From contig JAHDBS010000006.1 of assembly GCA_020630225.1 (NCBI GenBank), positions 1-37,424 of the forward strand: a stretch of DNA of 37,424 nucleotides, in the 5' to 3' direction. Numbering within the stretch: the first letter of the stretch is position 1; each line of letters begins with the position of its first letter. This document shows, piece by piece, positions 1 through 8,363 of this stretch. The notes beneath the pieces were generated by a model that was not told the origin of the DNA, made no database searches, and worked only from the letters and a program-made list of their open reading frames with translations. The position numbers were made by a program, and so were the translations under genes. Origin of the DNA: Anaerolineales bacterium (lineage in GTDB: Bacteria > Chloroflexota > Anaerolineae > Anaerolineales > UBA6668).

Positions 1-920
1 GCCAATTGCGCAGCGCGTTCCAACAAGCGTGAGTGCAAGTAGAAAACATCACCAGGATATGCTTCGCGGCCTGGTGGGCGGCGCAGCAACAGAGAAACTT
101 GGCGGTAAGCGTAAGCGTGCTTTGAAAGATCATCGTAGATGACCAGTGCGTGCTTACCAGTTTCCATATATTCTTCACCGATTGCACAACCGGTGTATGG
201 AGCGATGTATTGGAGTGCAGCAGATTCATCAGCAGACGCTGAAACGATGATGGTGTGATCCATCGCGCCTTCGCGTTCGAGAATTGCAACTGTTTGAGCA
301 ATAGAAGACTTCTTTTGACCTACAGCAACGTAGATACAAACAACGTCCTTGCCCTTTTGATTGATGATGGTATCGATACAAACTGCAGTTTTACCAGTTT
401 GGCGATCACCAATGATCAACTGGCGTTGACCGCGACCAACTGGGGTCATTGCATCAATAGACTTGATACCAGTTTGAAGTGGTGTGTCCACATCGCGACG
501 GCGGATAACGCCAGGCGCAATGCGTTCAATTGGGCGGTATTCGGTCGCATTAATTGCGCCCTTACCGTCAATCGGTTCACCGAGTGCGTTTACAACGCGA
601 CCAGCAAGTGCTTCACCAACTGGAACGGATGCAACGAAACCAAGACCGCGAACGGACATACCTTCGTCAATCCCGTCGTATTCACCCATGATGATGATAC
701 CGACGTTGTCTGCTTCAAGGTTGAACACAATCCCACGAACGCCATTGTCGAATTCGACCAATTCAGCGTTGCGGATGCCGCTCAGACCTGAGACACGTGC
801 GATCCCGTCACCAGCTTCGATAACGGTACCGACTTCTCTGGCATCCAATGCTGGCGCATCGAATGCATCGATTTGTTTTTGCAGTTCAGCTGCAATATCG
901 GGCAAGCGAATATCTGTCAT
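1..920 (-). CDS. atpA: F1Fo ATP synthase subunit alpha (5' part; runs off the window edge)
   Basis: Manual minus-strand translation from ATG at 920: [17 protein letters not shown]...[10 protein letters not shown]...[17 protein letters not shown] (Walker A)...YDDLSKHA...[27 protein letters not shown]. These are diagnostic AtpA motifs. RBS GGGAG lies 5 nt upstream. Absent from the ORF track because there is no stop codon in the window. Confidence 0.98.
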   Translation of the reverse strand, partial: MTDIRLPDIAAELQKQIDAFDAPALDAREVGTVIEAGDGIARVSGLSGIRNAELVEFDNGVRGIVFNLEADNVGIIIMGEYDGIDEGMSVRGLGFVASVPVGEALAGRVVNALGEPIDGKGAINATEYRPIERIAPGVIRRRDVDTPLQTGIKSIDAMTPVGRGQRQLIIGDRQTGKTAVCIDTIINQKGKDVVCIYVAVGQKKSSIAQTVAILEREGAMDHTIIVSASADESAALQYIAPYTGCAIGEEYMETGKHALVIYDDLSKHAYAYRQVSLLLRRPPGREAYPGDVFYLHSRLLERAAQL

Positions 921-1017
921 TTGAACTCCCTACATTAGTAGTCAGCTAGCCAAAGTTTTTTTACCAAGTTGCTAGAACTTGTTTTAAATACAATTTCAAT
1001 GGTTTTTCAACCCGTGG

Positions 1018-1046
1018 ATAATACTAGAAGCAGGGTCGATTGTCCA
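1018..1046 (-). promoter_or_regulatory. Putative sigma-70 promoter of atpA
   Basis: Minus strand reads TGGACA-N17-TATTAT, about 100 nt upstream of the atpA start. Confidence 0.55.
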
Positions 1047-1142
1047 GTATTTCACAAACGAAATCCTCCTCTTGAAAGGGAGTTCTTTCGTATTTAATGC
1101 TAGATTCAGTTTACCGCAATTTGATCACCCTTGTCTCTAAAT

Positions 1143-1177
1143 AAAACAAAAGCGGACCCACACATTGGACCCGCTAT
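1143..1177 (-). terminator. Intrinsic terminator downstream of the GH114-like gene
   Basis: Minus strand: AGCGGGUCCA-AUGUG-UGGGUCCGCU stem (2 G-U pairs) followed by UUUGUUUU. Confidence 0.7.
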
Positions 1178-1262
1178 TTAGATAGTATTCAGTTTGAACA
1201 CCCTATTCCGCTAGCAATATTCAAATTCATCACTGCTGTCTTATACAACAAGCATTTTGCAT

Positions 1263-2378
1263 CTAGTTTTCTAATGGAGCAAGTTGGTCAAGCTTGCGCG
1301 CTCCAACAAATGGGACATAACCTTGCTCTATAGTCCACGCGCGATATTCAGCAGATTGCGCAGGATCACTCAAATAATCTAGTGTGAGTACAGGCTTGCC
1401 CAATTCAGCGAGCCGCCGCAGAGCAATTTCTGCCGGTATAAACGCATCGGCTATTGTTTTATGACCGCCACTTTCATAAAAGCCCTCCCGCGCGATACCG
1501 CTTATTATGGAAGTATAGGCCTGACTTTCAAGCAGCGCCTCACCATTTTGCGGCACAATCAGAAAATCAGCCTCTCCGCGTGTCTGCCGGGCGTACAGCG
1601 CAATACTTTGCACAAAAGCAATCATTTCACTCCGTGACGAATCACGATCATCAATCGTTTCGAAATACTGGTACACATCGACATTATCGAGATATACGCC
1701 ATCAAAACCCGCATTGATCACGCGATTAAGAGCAGACTGCTCGTCTGAAATGATGAGCTGCTGCCAGCCAGCATGCCAATAACGCACCTTGTAATTACAC
1801 CAGTCTGGCAAACCACACCATTCAGGGTTACTTGATGTAAGCCAGTCTGGAGCACCTTCATCTGGCACGCCGTCACGCGGATCCGCATCCCAGCCTGATT
1901 GCCAATAATATTGATAGTCTTTTGCTTCACCGATGCTCATATAGGCCAATACAACACGTCGTGATCCATCTGGCTTTGTTTGCAATTGTGAAATGTCAGC
2001 AGCAGATAATGCACTGTCAACAACAACGATATCGTACTCTGAAGCTGCAATCTGCGCGATATCCAGGCTACTTAACTGATAGAGCCACGTATCAGCAGAC
2101 TGGAAAGCAGCGACACGCGTACTAACAACTGCGGCGCTTGACGAATCGTCAGCGAGCGGCACAACAGCCTCTGCAATTGCTGCTGCCGTATTGGTTTCAA
2201 TGCGTGCGCGCGGCTGACGCGGATTGATAGGCACAATAGCCACTGGCTCTGCTGTAGCATCCCAACGCCCCCACAAAATTAGCGTAAATGCCAGCAAGCT
2301 AACGAACAATGCCATTCCAGTGATAGCAATCCCGAGAAAGCCCCACTGCTTAAGATGTGTACGATCTAACTTATTCAT
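1263..2378 (-). CDS. Membrane-anchored GH114/MJ1477-TM1410-like glycoside hydrolase (putative endo-alpha-1,4-polygalactosaminidase)
   Basis: N-terminal hydrophobic helix and Ala/Pro linker, then family motifs WLYQL, DIVVVD, AYMSIGEA.DY..YW, NPEW...Y.VRYW...WQ, GFDGVYLDNVD.Y, IVPQNG, PVLTLDY. Confidence 0.8.
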   Translation of the reverse strand: MNKLDRTHLKQWGFLGIAITGMALFVSLLAFTLILWGRWDATAEPVAIVPINPRQPRARIETNTAAAIAEAVVPLADDSSSAAVVSTRVAAFQSADTWLYQLSSLDIAQIAASEYDIVVVDSALSAADISQLQTKPDGSRRVVLAYMSIGEAKDYQYYWQSGWDADPRDGVPDEGAPDWLTSSNPEWCGLPDWCNYKVRYWHAGWQQLIISDEQSALNRVINAGFDGVYLDNVDVYQYFETIDDRDSSRSEMIAFVQSIALYARQTRGEADFLIVPQNGEALLESQAYTSIISGIAREGFYESGGHKTIADAFIPAEIALRRLAELGKPVLTLDYLSDPAQSAEYRAWTIEQGYVPFVGARKLDQLAPLEN

Positions 2379-2407
2379 TATTGTTTTGACTTTTTCTGGT
2401 TGTAACG

Positions 2408-2436
2408 TTTATATCGTTTTCAGACATGTGTCTCAA
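2408..2436 (-). promoter_or_regulatory. Putative sigma-70 promoter of the GH114-like gene
   Basis: Minus strand TTGAGA-N17-TATAAA, about 30 nt upstream of the ATG. Confidence 0.5.
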
Positions 2437-2560
2437 TAAAGAAGCCATATACATTTGGATAAAAAGAGGTTTGAATCAGCAGACTAAGTTTGCGTGCTGA
2501 AAATGCAACCAGACTTGCAACACATATGCGCAACAGGAGTGAAAAAGTTTTACAAGAATC

Positions 2561-2593
2561 AAAAAAGCGCCCTCCTAACTGGAAGGCGCTTTT
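2561..2593 (-). terminator. Intrinsic terminator (possibly bidirectional) after the alternative sigma gene
   Basis: AAAAAAGCGCC-CTCCTAACTGGAA-GGCGCTTTT: GC-rich inverted repeat flanked by A and T runs. Confidence 0.8.
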
Positions 2594-2620
2594 GAAAACA
2601 TACAGCGTTTATTTATGTAA

Positions 2621-3544
2621 CTAGCGCACGTATTCTTGCAGACCAGTCGAATATTCTGATCGGCGGATCTTGTCCAGTGCACGGTTTGCAACCTGGCGCA
2701 TCCCTTCACGAGACAACCCATACCTGCGTGCCAAGTCACTTAGCGGATGCATTTCTCCATCTTCGAAACCGAAGCGCATGCGCAAGATACCGGCTTCCCA
2801 TTCGCCCAAGCTATCAATCGCCTTTTGAATTTCACTAGACATGAGATAGTCTTCTGCTTCGTCTTCAGGCTGCTGCACAGTTTCATCTGGCAACAATTCT
2901 TGCAATTCGGTGTCAGCCGAGTCGCCAGGACCAACTAACTTTTCTAATGAGGTTACATTGACGACAGCACCTTGCACATTAGTAACTTGCTCTGGAGTCC
3001 ACTTCAATTTGATAGCAATTTCATCGGTAGTCGCTTCGCGCCCAAACTCTTGCTGGAGTTGAACTTCTGTGCGTCGCACTTGCATCACTTTTTGACCAAG
3101 ATTGACAGGCAAGCGAACCATACGACCGGTATTCGCAACCGCACGACCAATTGCTTGACGGATCCACCAGACAGCATAAGTAGAAAAGCGCGTGCCACGT
3201 TGGGCATCATAACGATTAGCAGCTTTGATCAGACCAATTTGACCTTCTTGCATTAGGTCTTCAAATGTGAGACCAGTGTCAAAGTAACGGCGTGCGACCT
3301 TCCCAACTAACCCTTGATTGCGCAGAACAAGTTCGTCACGTGCAGCGCGACCGCGAGCGCAGGCTGTTTCCCACATCGCAATATCAGCTGCTGAGCCTGT
3401 ACCGGTTTCTAGACATTCTTCCGCTTCATGCCAAGCAGTAATAATTTTTGCCAAGGCAATTTCTTCATCATGGGTAAGCAACTCATCCGGAGAGGCTGGA
3501 ATTCTGATGGGTAGTGGTTCGAAGTTGATGACTGTGTCTAACAT
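2621..3544 (-). CDS. Alternative (non-primary) RpoD/SigA-family sigma-70 factor, 307 aa
   Basis: Region 2 (DLMQEGQIGLIKAANRYD..RGTRFSTYAVWWIRQAI), region 3 (FGREATTDEIA) and a region 4 HTH are present. Start moved to ATG 3544, which is preceded by ACAGGAG; the ORF-track extension to 3697 runs through AT-rich promoter-like DNA. Confidence 0.92.
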   Translation of the reverse strand: MLDTVINFEPLPIRIPASPDELLTHDEEIALAKIITAWHEAEECLETGTGSAADIAMWETACARGRAARDELVLRNQGLVGKVARRYFDTGLTFEDLMQEGQIGLIKAANRYDAQRGTRFSTYAVWWIRQAIGRAVANTGRMVRLPVNLGQKVMQVRRTEVQLQQEFGREATTDEIAIKLKWTPEQVTNVQGAVVNVTSLEKLVGPGDSADTELQELLPDETVQQPEDEAEDYLMSSEIQKAIDSLGEWEAGILRMRFGFEDGEMHPLSDLARRYGLSREGMRQVANRALDKIRRSEYSTGLQEYVR

Positions 3545-3802
3545 CGCGCTGTCTCCTGTGAAAACGTGGAATTGTCCAAGTACACACACATTGTACAGTG
3601 TTTGCACAAGTTTTGTAAGACCTTGTTTTACAAAATGTCCAGTTATTAAGACTCTATTTAAGCAAAAGCGCGGCAAAACCTTGACAAAACTTGACAAAAA
3701 GAACCTATCAACAGCACTATTCAGCAGGATTCAGGACTTATCAGACACGAGTCTGAGTTTAATGAAATTCTGTTCAAGTTTAAATATTAATCAAACTTAA
3801 AC

Positions 3803-3855
3803 AAAAACAGCCTTTTGTCGAGATTAATACAAGAAAAATCGCCAACAAAAGGCTG
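3803..3855 (-). terminator. Probable terminator after proC
   Basis: Perfect 11-bp inverted repeat CAGCCTTTTGT (3808-3818) / ACAAAAGGCTG (3845-3855), followed on the minus strand by TTTTTG; the loop is long (26 nt). Confidence 0.55.
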
Positions 3856-3951
3856 GAGTCAGCAAGAATAACTGAACAAAAGTTAAAAAAGTCTAGATTT
3901 TATATCTTCACTTAGTGTTTTTGCATCAACATAACAACCAACTGAAGTCGT

Positions 3952-4767
3952 CTACTTCTTACCTAAATGCTGCGCCTGCCGGAATGCAGCCTCTACAGCC
4001 TGATCAATTGCTGTACGGAGACCATGGGCTTCTAAGGCTGCTACTGCAGCAGCAGTTGTGCCACCGGGCGAAGTTACCTGATGGCGTAAAGTAGACACTG
4101 TTGTCTCAGATTGATATGCATACTCCGCTGCGCCACGCACCGTTTGCTTCGCCAGCAGTTCCGCTTGTGGTCGAGTTAGCCCCATGCGCACCCCTGCGTC
4201 TGCAAAGGCCTCAATGAACAAAAACACATAGGCTGGGCCGGAACCATTCATCGCAGTTGCCATATCGATATAGGTTTCACCTGGTAATTCAAGCTGCTCG
4301 CCAAGTGCGCTCAGAATAACTTCTGTTTGACGCCGCTGCTCAGCAGACACGGCTTCACCAGCTGTCCAAGCTGTCATTCCCACCCCAACTTGTGCAGGCG
4401 TATTTGGCATCGAACGCACAATTCGGTTATGACCTGTTAGCGCTTCAATTGTTTCCAACGTAGCGCCAGCCATAATTGAAATCAGCAGTGCATCATGATT
4501 GAGTTCACCGCGCAAGTCTGGCAATGCGTTGGGCGCGATCTGCGGCTTGACGGCTAACACAACAACCGAAGCACCTTGAGCAGCTTCGGAGTTGCTTGCT
4601 ACGGACTGAATTCCATAGGCCGCTGTCAATTCTGCGCGTCGCTCAGCCCGCGGTTCAGATGCAGTAATTTGATCTGGCGTCACCAGTTCTCTTTTGATTA
4701 AGCCACCAATGATAGCCCCAGCCATTGAGCCAGCGCCAATAAATGCAATTTTTTGATTTTCAAACAT
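3952..4767 (-). CDS. proC: Pyrroline-5-carboxylate reductase
   Basis: IAFIGAGSMA Rossmann motif, LAVKPQ, RSMPNTP, GSGPAY, VTSPGGTT. Confidence 0.97.
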   Translation of the reverse strand: MFENQKIAFIGAGSMAGAIIGGLIKRELVTPDQITASEPRAERRAELTAAYGIQSVASNSEAAQGASVVVLAVKPQIAPNALPDLRGELNHDALLISIMAGATLETIEALTGHNRIVRSMPNTPAQVGVGMTAWTAGEAVSAEQRRQTEVILSALGEQLELPGETYIDMATAMNGSGPAYVFLFIEAFADAGVRMGLTRPQAELLAKQTVRGAAEYAYQSETTVSTLRHQVTSPGGTTAAAVAALEAHGLRTAIDQAVEAAFRQAQHLGKK

Positions 4768-4782
4768 GTGGATCTCGGGAGG

Positions 4783-5364
4783 CTAAGCGAAGTAGCCTAA
4801 TGCTAAGCGGATTTTTGTTTCGACGTCATCGGGCGCGTCTTGTGGAATATTTTGCAATGCTGTCTGTGCTTCAACGAGGCTATACCCTAACGCTGTTAGC
4901 GCTGCAATAACTTCGGTGTCGGTTTCATCAACTAATGCTGACCCACCCGTGTTGATGAAGTCGGTTTGCAACTTACCACGCAGATTAAAGATAATTTTTT
5001 CAGCAGTCTTCTTGCCAACGCCTGGAACACGCGAAATGATGCCAGCTTCTTCAGTTGCGACAGCTTGGCGTAATAAGTCTGGTGAAAGTGTGGAAATGAT
5101 GGCAAGCGCCATCTTTGGCCCTACCCCAGAAATAGAGAGGCAGGTTTCATACATGGTACGCTCTTCTTCGGTTTTGAAACCGTAAAGCGTAAGCGAGTCT
5201 TCCCGCACCACCAGATGGGTAAACAAACTAATCTGACGCCCCACCCCAACCGAACCATCAAATACAGAAGACGGCACCAACAAGCGCAGCCCCACCCCAC
5301 CAACTTCAACAATCAAAGTGTCGTCAGTAAAGCTCAGAATAGTTCCGCGAATTGAGGCAATCAT
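4783..5364 (-). CDS. ruvA: Holliday junction branch migration protein RuvA
   Basis: MIASIRG, VREDSLTLYGF, ISGVGPKMAL, VPGVGKKTAEKI, ALTALGYS. Confidence 0.97.
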   Translation of the reverse strand: MIASIRGTILSFTDDTLIVEVGGVGLRLLVPSSVFDGSVGVGRQISLFTHLVVREDSLTLYGFKTEEERTMYETCLSISGVGPKMALAIISTLSPDLLRQAVATEEAGIISRVPGVGKKTAEKIIFNLRGKLQTDFINTGGSALVDETDTEVIAALTALGYSLVEAQTALQNIPQDAPDDVETKIRLALGYFA

Positions 5365-5395
5365 TTATTGATCCAGTAAATCTCTAGTGTGGTTA

Positions 5396-5499
5396 CGCGA
5401 ATGTGTAATGCGTAACGTGTAAGTTCGAGCTGAATACGCGGGCGAAAACTTCAAAAATCATTTTCGCGAACGCGCTTACACGTTACAAATTACGCATTA
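5396..5499. repeat. Heptamer-armed palindromic element, copy A
   Basis: Left arm GTGTAAT GCGTAAC GTGTAAG (5403-5423), 51-nt spacer (5424-5474), right arm CTTACAC GTTACAA ATTACGC (5475-5495) overlapping the ruvC stop. Confidence 0.85.
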
Positions 5500-5983
5500 G
5501 ATAGTTCGTCTGCATGCTATGCAAGTGACAAATTGCGACAGCAAGTCCATCGGCGGCATCGTCTGGGCGTGGGATTTTTTCTAACCCTAGCAGCGTCTTC
5601 ACCATCTGTTGGATTTGCGGTTTTTTCGCGCCGCCATAACCACAGACGCTCTGCTTGATTTGCATCGGTGTATATTCACCGGGAGCTAGACCATTGTCTG
5701 CCATGGCGAGAATAGCAACGCCACGTGCCTGCGCCACGGTGATCCCCGTGGTCACATTCTTTGAAAAGAACAGTTTTTCAATGCCAGCACTCACCGGCTT
5801 ATGCTCTTTGATTAGTTCATCGAGTTCACGATAAATAATCTGCAACCGCTCATGCATTGGCATCTTAGCTGGTGTAGTGACCACACCATAGGCAACGGGC
5901 TTGAGGGAACTCCCTACTTGGCGAACAAAGCCGTAGCCCGTGGTCGCGGTACCAGGGTCAATGCCGAGGACGATTTCAGACAT
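5483..5983 (-). CDS. ruvC: Crossover junction endodeoxyribonuclease RuvC
   Basis: LGIDPG, IEKLFF..N, QARGV, YTP.QIK.SVCGYG.A.K.Q, DDAADGLAVAICH. Confidence 0.97.
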   Translation of the reverse strand: MSEIVLGIDPGTATTGYGFVRQVGSSLKPVAYGVVTTPAKMPMHERLQIIYRELDELIKEHKPVSAGIEKLFFSKNVTTGITVAQARGVAILAMADNGLAPGEYTPMQIKQSVCGYGGAKKPQIQQMVKTLLGLEKIPRPDDAADGLAVAICHLHSMQTNYLMRNL

Positions 5984-5986
5984 AAG

Positions 5987-6089
5987 GTGTAATGAGTAAT
6001 AAGTAATTGTGGTTTGGGCGCGCGGAAGAAAACTTCAAATACTGAAGACTCAAGCGTGCTTACACTTTACTCATTACAAGTTACGCATT
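5987..6089. repeat. Heptamer-armed palindromic element, copy B
   Basis: Left arm GTGTAAT GAGTAAT AAGTAAT (5987-6007), 51-nt spacer (6008-6058), right arm CTTACAC TTTACTC ATTACAA GTTACGC (6059-6086) overlapping the yebC stop. Confidence 0.85.
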
Positions 6090-6836
6090 GGAAACCGCTT
6101 CAATCACAGCATCAGTCAACTCAAGGTTGTGATACACATTCTGCACATCATCAACGTCTTCGAGTTTTTCAATGGTGTTGAGCACTTGCAACGCTTGGGC
6201 CGGTTCCAATTCCATGGTGTTCTTGGGTTCCATGCGCAGCATTGCGTCTTCAGGCGTGTGACCAGCTTCGGAAAGGCCAGATGCGATTTCACCGTATGCA
6301 GACACTGGGCCAGTGAGTTCAATCATTTCTTCATCCCAAACAACGTCTTCAGCGCCAATTTCTAGCGCCAATTCAAAGGCAGCATCTTCATCGATGTCAC
6401 CAGTTGGGATCGTGAAATAGGATTTACGCTCAAACTGCCAGCCCACTGAGCCGTTTTCGCCCAAGCTGCCGCCATATTTATTGAACACTGCCCGCACATC
6501 AGACACAGAGCGACGCTTGTTATCTGTCACACACTCAACAATGACTGCAATCCCGTGGTTTGCGTAGCCTTCGTAGCTGACTTCTTCAAACGCTGCACCG
6601 TCTTTGTCTTCACCAGTGCCGCGCTTGATCGCGCGTTCGATGTTGTCTTTCGGCATATTTGCAGCACGTGCTTTATCAACCGCGAGCCGCAAGCGAATAT
6701 TTGTATCTAAGTCGCCGCCGCCTTCACGCGCTGCAATCACGACATCTTTTGCAAGCTTGGTAAACAACTTACCGCGCTTTGCATCTTGCGCACCTTTGCG
6801 GTGCTTAATGTTGGCCCATTTACTATGTCCAGCCAT
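6081..6836 (-). CDS. yebC: YebC/PmpR family protein
   Basis: MAGHSKWANIKHRKG, NMPKDNIERAIK, YEGY, TDN..R, DDVQNVYHN. Confidence 0.97.
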   Translation of the reverse strand: MAGHSKWANIKHRKGAQDAKRGKLFTKLAKDVVIAAREGGGDLDTNIRLRLAVDKARAANMPKDNIERAIKRGTGEDKDGAAFEEVSYEGYANHGIAVIVECVTDNKRRSVSDVRAVFNKYGGSLGENGSVGWQFERKSYFTIPTGDIDEDAAFELALEIGAEDVVWDEEMIELTGPVSAYGEIASGLSEAGHTPEDAMLRMEPKNTMELEPAQALQVLNTIEKLEDVDDVQNVYHNLELTDAVIEAVSNA

Positions 6837-6883
6837 GAATAAATAACCTCTGATTGAGAAAGATTTCGTTTTTCTAAATTATA

Positions 6884-6990
6884 GAGTAATTTGTAATGAG
6901 TAAGGTGTAACGCGTTCAAGCACACAGTATTTCAATGCAACACTCCGCACACCCAAGTCAAAATTACTCATTACTCGTTACTTATTAGAC
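6884..6990. repeat. Heptamer-armed palindromic element, copy C (inverted relative to A and B)
   Basis: Left arm GAGTAAT TTGTAAT GAGTAAG GTGTAAC (6884-6911), 51-nt spacer (6912-6962), right arm ATTACTC ATTACTC GTTACTT ATTAGAC (6963-6990) overlapping the VWA gene stop. Confidence 0.85.
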
Positions 6991-8358
6991 GAAGAGCTCA
7001 TCCACAGCCGCTGCCAATTCCTTCAAATTCCGCACCTGATACACCTCATCTGCAAAATCAGCGTAACGATGCATGTCGGAGTCACCTGTACCCCATAGGC
7101 GTTTGGCTTCCGGGTTGAACCACAAGACCCGTTTGGCGCGGCGTTGCAACGCTTCAGCCAAGTCTAGCCGTGGATCGTAGTAGTTGTTGCGGCCATCGCC
7201 ACAGAATATCACTGTGGTGCGGGCATCCACCGAGTCAGAAAAGTCTTTGAAGAAACCGGCTAAGCTCGAGCCAAGGTCTGTACTGTAATAGCCCGGTGGC
7301 AGCTTGGTCAGCACGTTTGGAATTGCCACATCTGGTCGATCATGCGCTAGGTCGGCGGTGACCTCTTCCATATGATCGATAAACGCAAACGAACGCGTGC
7401 GGCCAAATTGATCTTGCATTTCATAGACCAAACGCAGTAAGAACTCCACCACGGCGCGCATGGACGTTGACACGTCGCAAATCAGCACGAACTTTGGTTT
7501 CTCGCGCCGTTTTTTATGCTCAATTTCAAATGGAATGCCGCCAGTGCGTAAGCTTTGACGCATAGTAGCCCGAATATCGACTTGCGGGCCTTTGCCGCGC
7601 TTCATGCGCAGTGCCGCGCGCGTGCGCAGTTTGGCAGCAAGGCGCGTAACCAACTTCCGAAGATGATCTGACTCTTCGTAATTTAGCGCTTGAAACGGCT
7701 TTTCTTCCAACTTAGCTTCGTCAAATTTCTGGGCAGGCTGGTCAGCCATTTTTTCAGCCAGATTTTGACCAACGTAGTTTTGCACCTGTTGCTCTAGCGA
7801 ATCTAGGTTGTTGAGTAACCCTTCTTCCAACTGCTGCAAGGCTTCTTCCGACATCCCCATGTCTGACAGCTGTTGCAGAAATTTTTCAATTTCCTCCATC
7901 AGCTTGTCTAAGCCAAGCTTGTTTTGCATGCGACGTTCCATCCAACTTTGCGAACGCGCATTGCTCAGCCGATCCAGCCCTGCTTCCCACGCTGCTTGCC
8001 CCATCTGGGCATCGTTTAGCTGCATGCCTTGCATCAACTGCGACATCATCTTGCTCATGTCGCCCATCAACGCTTCAAGCGCCGCTTGCAACATCGCCTT
8101 AGATTGTTCGTCTAATTCATCAGCCGGATTAAGTAACGGCGGCGTGCCCACCTGAAAGAACATCGGAAACATGTGGTCAAACGTCTCAATGTCCATGTAA
8201 TCTTTGATCAACGTCGCCCGCACCGCCGTCTTGAACGTCTCGCGATCTTGAATCCCAAGCGCCTCAATCGCCCGAAACGCATCCTGCGACTCAGCAAGCG
8301 AAACGCGGACTCCGGCAGAGCGGAGGGCGGAGATGAATTGGGTGATGCGTTCGTTCAT
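6985..8358 (-). CDS. CoxE-like VWA (von Willebrand A) domain protein
   Basis: N-terminal F..ALR.AG.RVS..E..DA; helical Q/E/M-rich middle; D.RATMR.SL..GG.P; MIDAS motif DVSTSM, STDLG, GDGRNN, W.NPE...WGTGDS.M. Confidence 0.88.
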   Translation of the reverse strand: MNERITQFISALRSAGVRVSLAESQDAFRAIEALGIQDRETFKTAVRATLIKDYMDIETFDHMFPMFFQVGTPPLLNPADELDEQSKAMLQAALEALMGDMSKMMSQLMQGMQLNDAQMGQAAWEAGLDRLSNARSQSWMERRMQNKLGLDKLMEEIEKFLQQLSDMGMSEEALQQLEEGLLNNLDSLEQQVQNYVGQNLAEKMADQPAQKFDEAKLEEKPFQALNYEESDHLRKLVTRLAAKLRTRAALRMKRGKGPQVDIRATMRQSLRTGGIPFEIEHKKRREKPKFVLICDVSTSMRAVVEFLLRLVYEMQDQFGRTRSFAFIDHMEEVTADLAHDRPDVAIPNVLTKLPPGYYSTDLGSSLAGFFKDFSDSVDARTTVIFCGDGRNNYYDPRLDLAEALQRRAKRVLWFNPEAKRLWGTGDSDMHRYADFADEVYQVRNLKELAAAVDELFV

Positions 8359-8363
8359 GGGGA

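Noticed and set aside
255-924. Plus-strand ORFs 255..791 (178 aa) and 484..924 (146 aa)
   Set aside because: Antisense shadows of atpA, which is unambiguous on the minus strand.
3545-3697. 51-aa N-terminal extension of the alternative sigma in the ORF track
   Set aside because: Runs through AT-rich palindromic promoter-like DNA; ATG 3544 has a good GGAG SD.
5396-6990. Interpreting the repeat-spacer elements as a CRISPR array or integron attC sites
   Set aside because: Repeats are degenerate inverted heptamer tracts separated by whole housekeeping genes, and the spacers are similar to each other. There are no cas or integrase genes and no consistent RYYYAAC...GTTRRRY boundaries.
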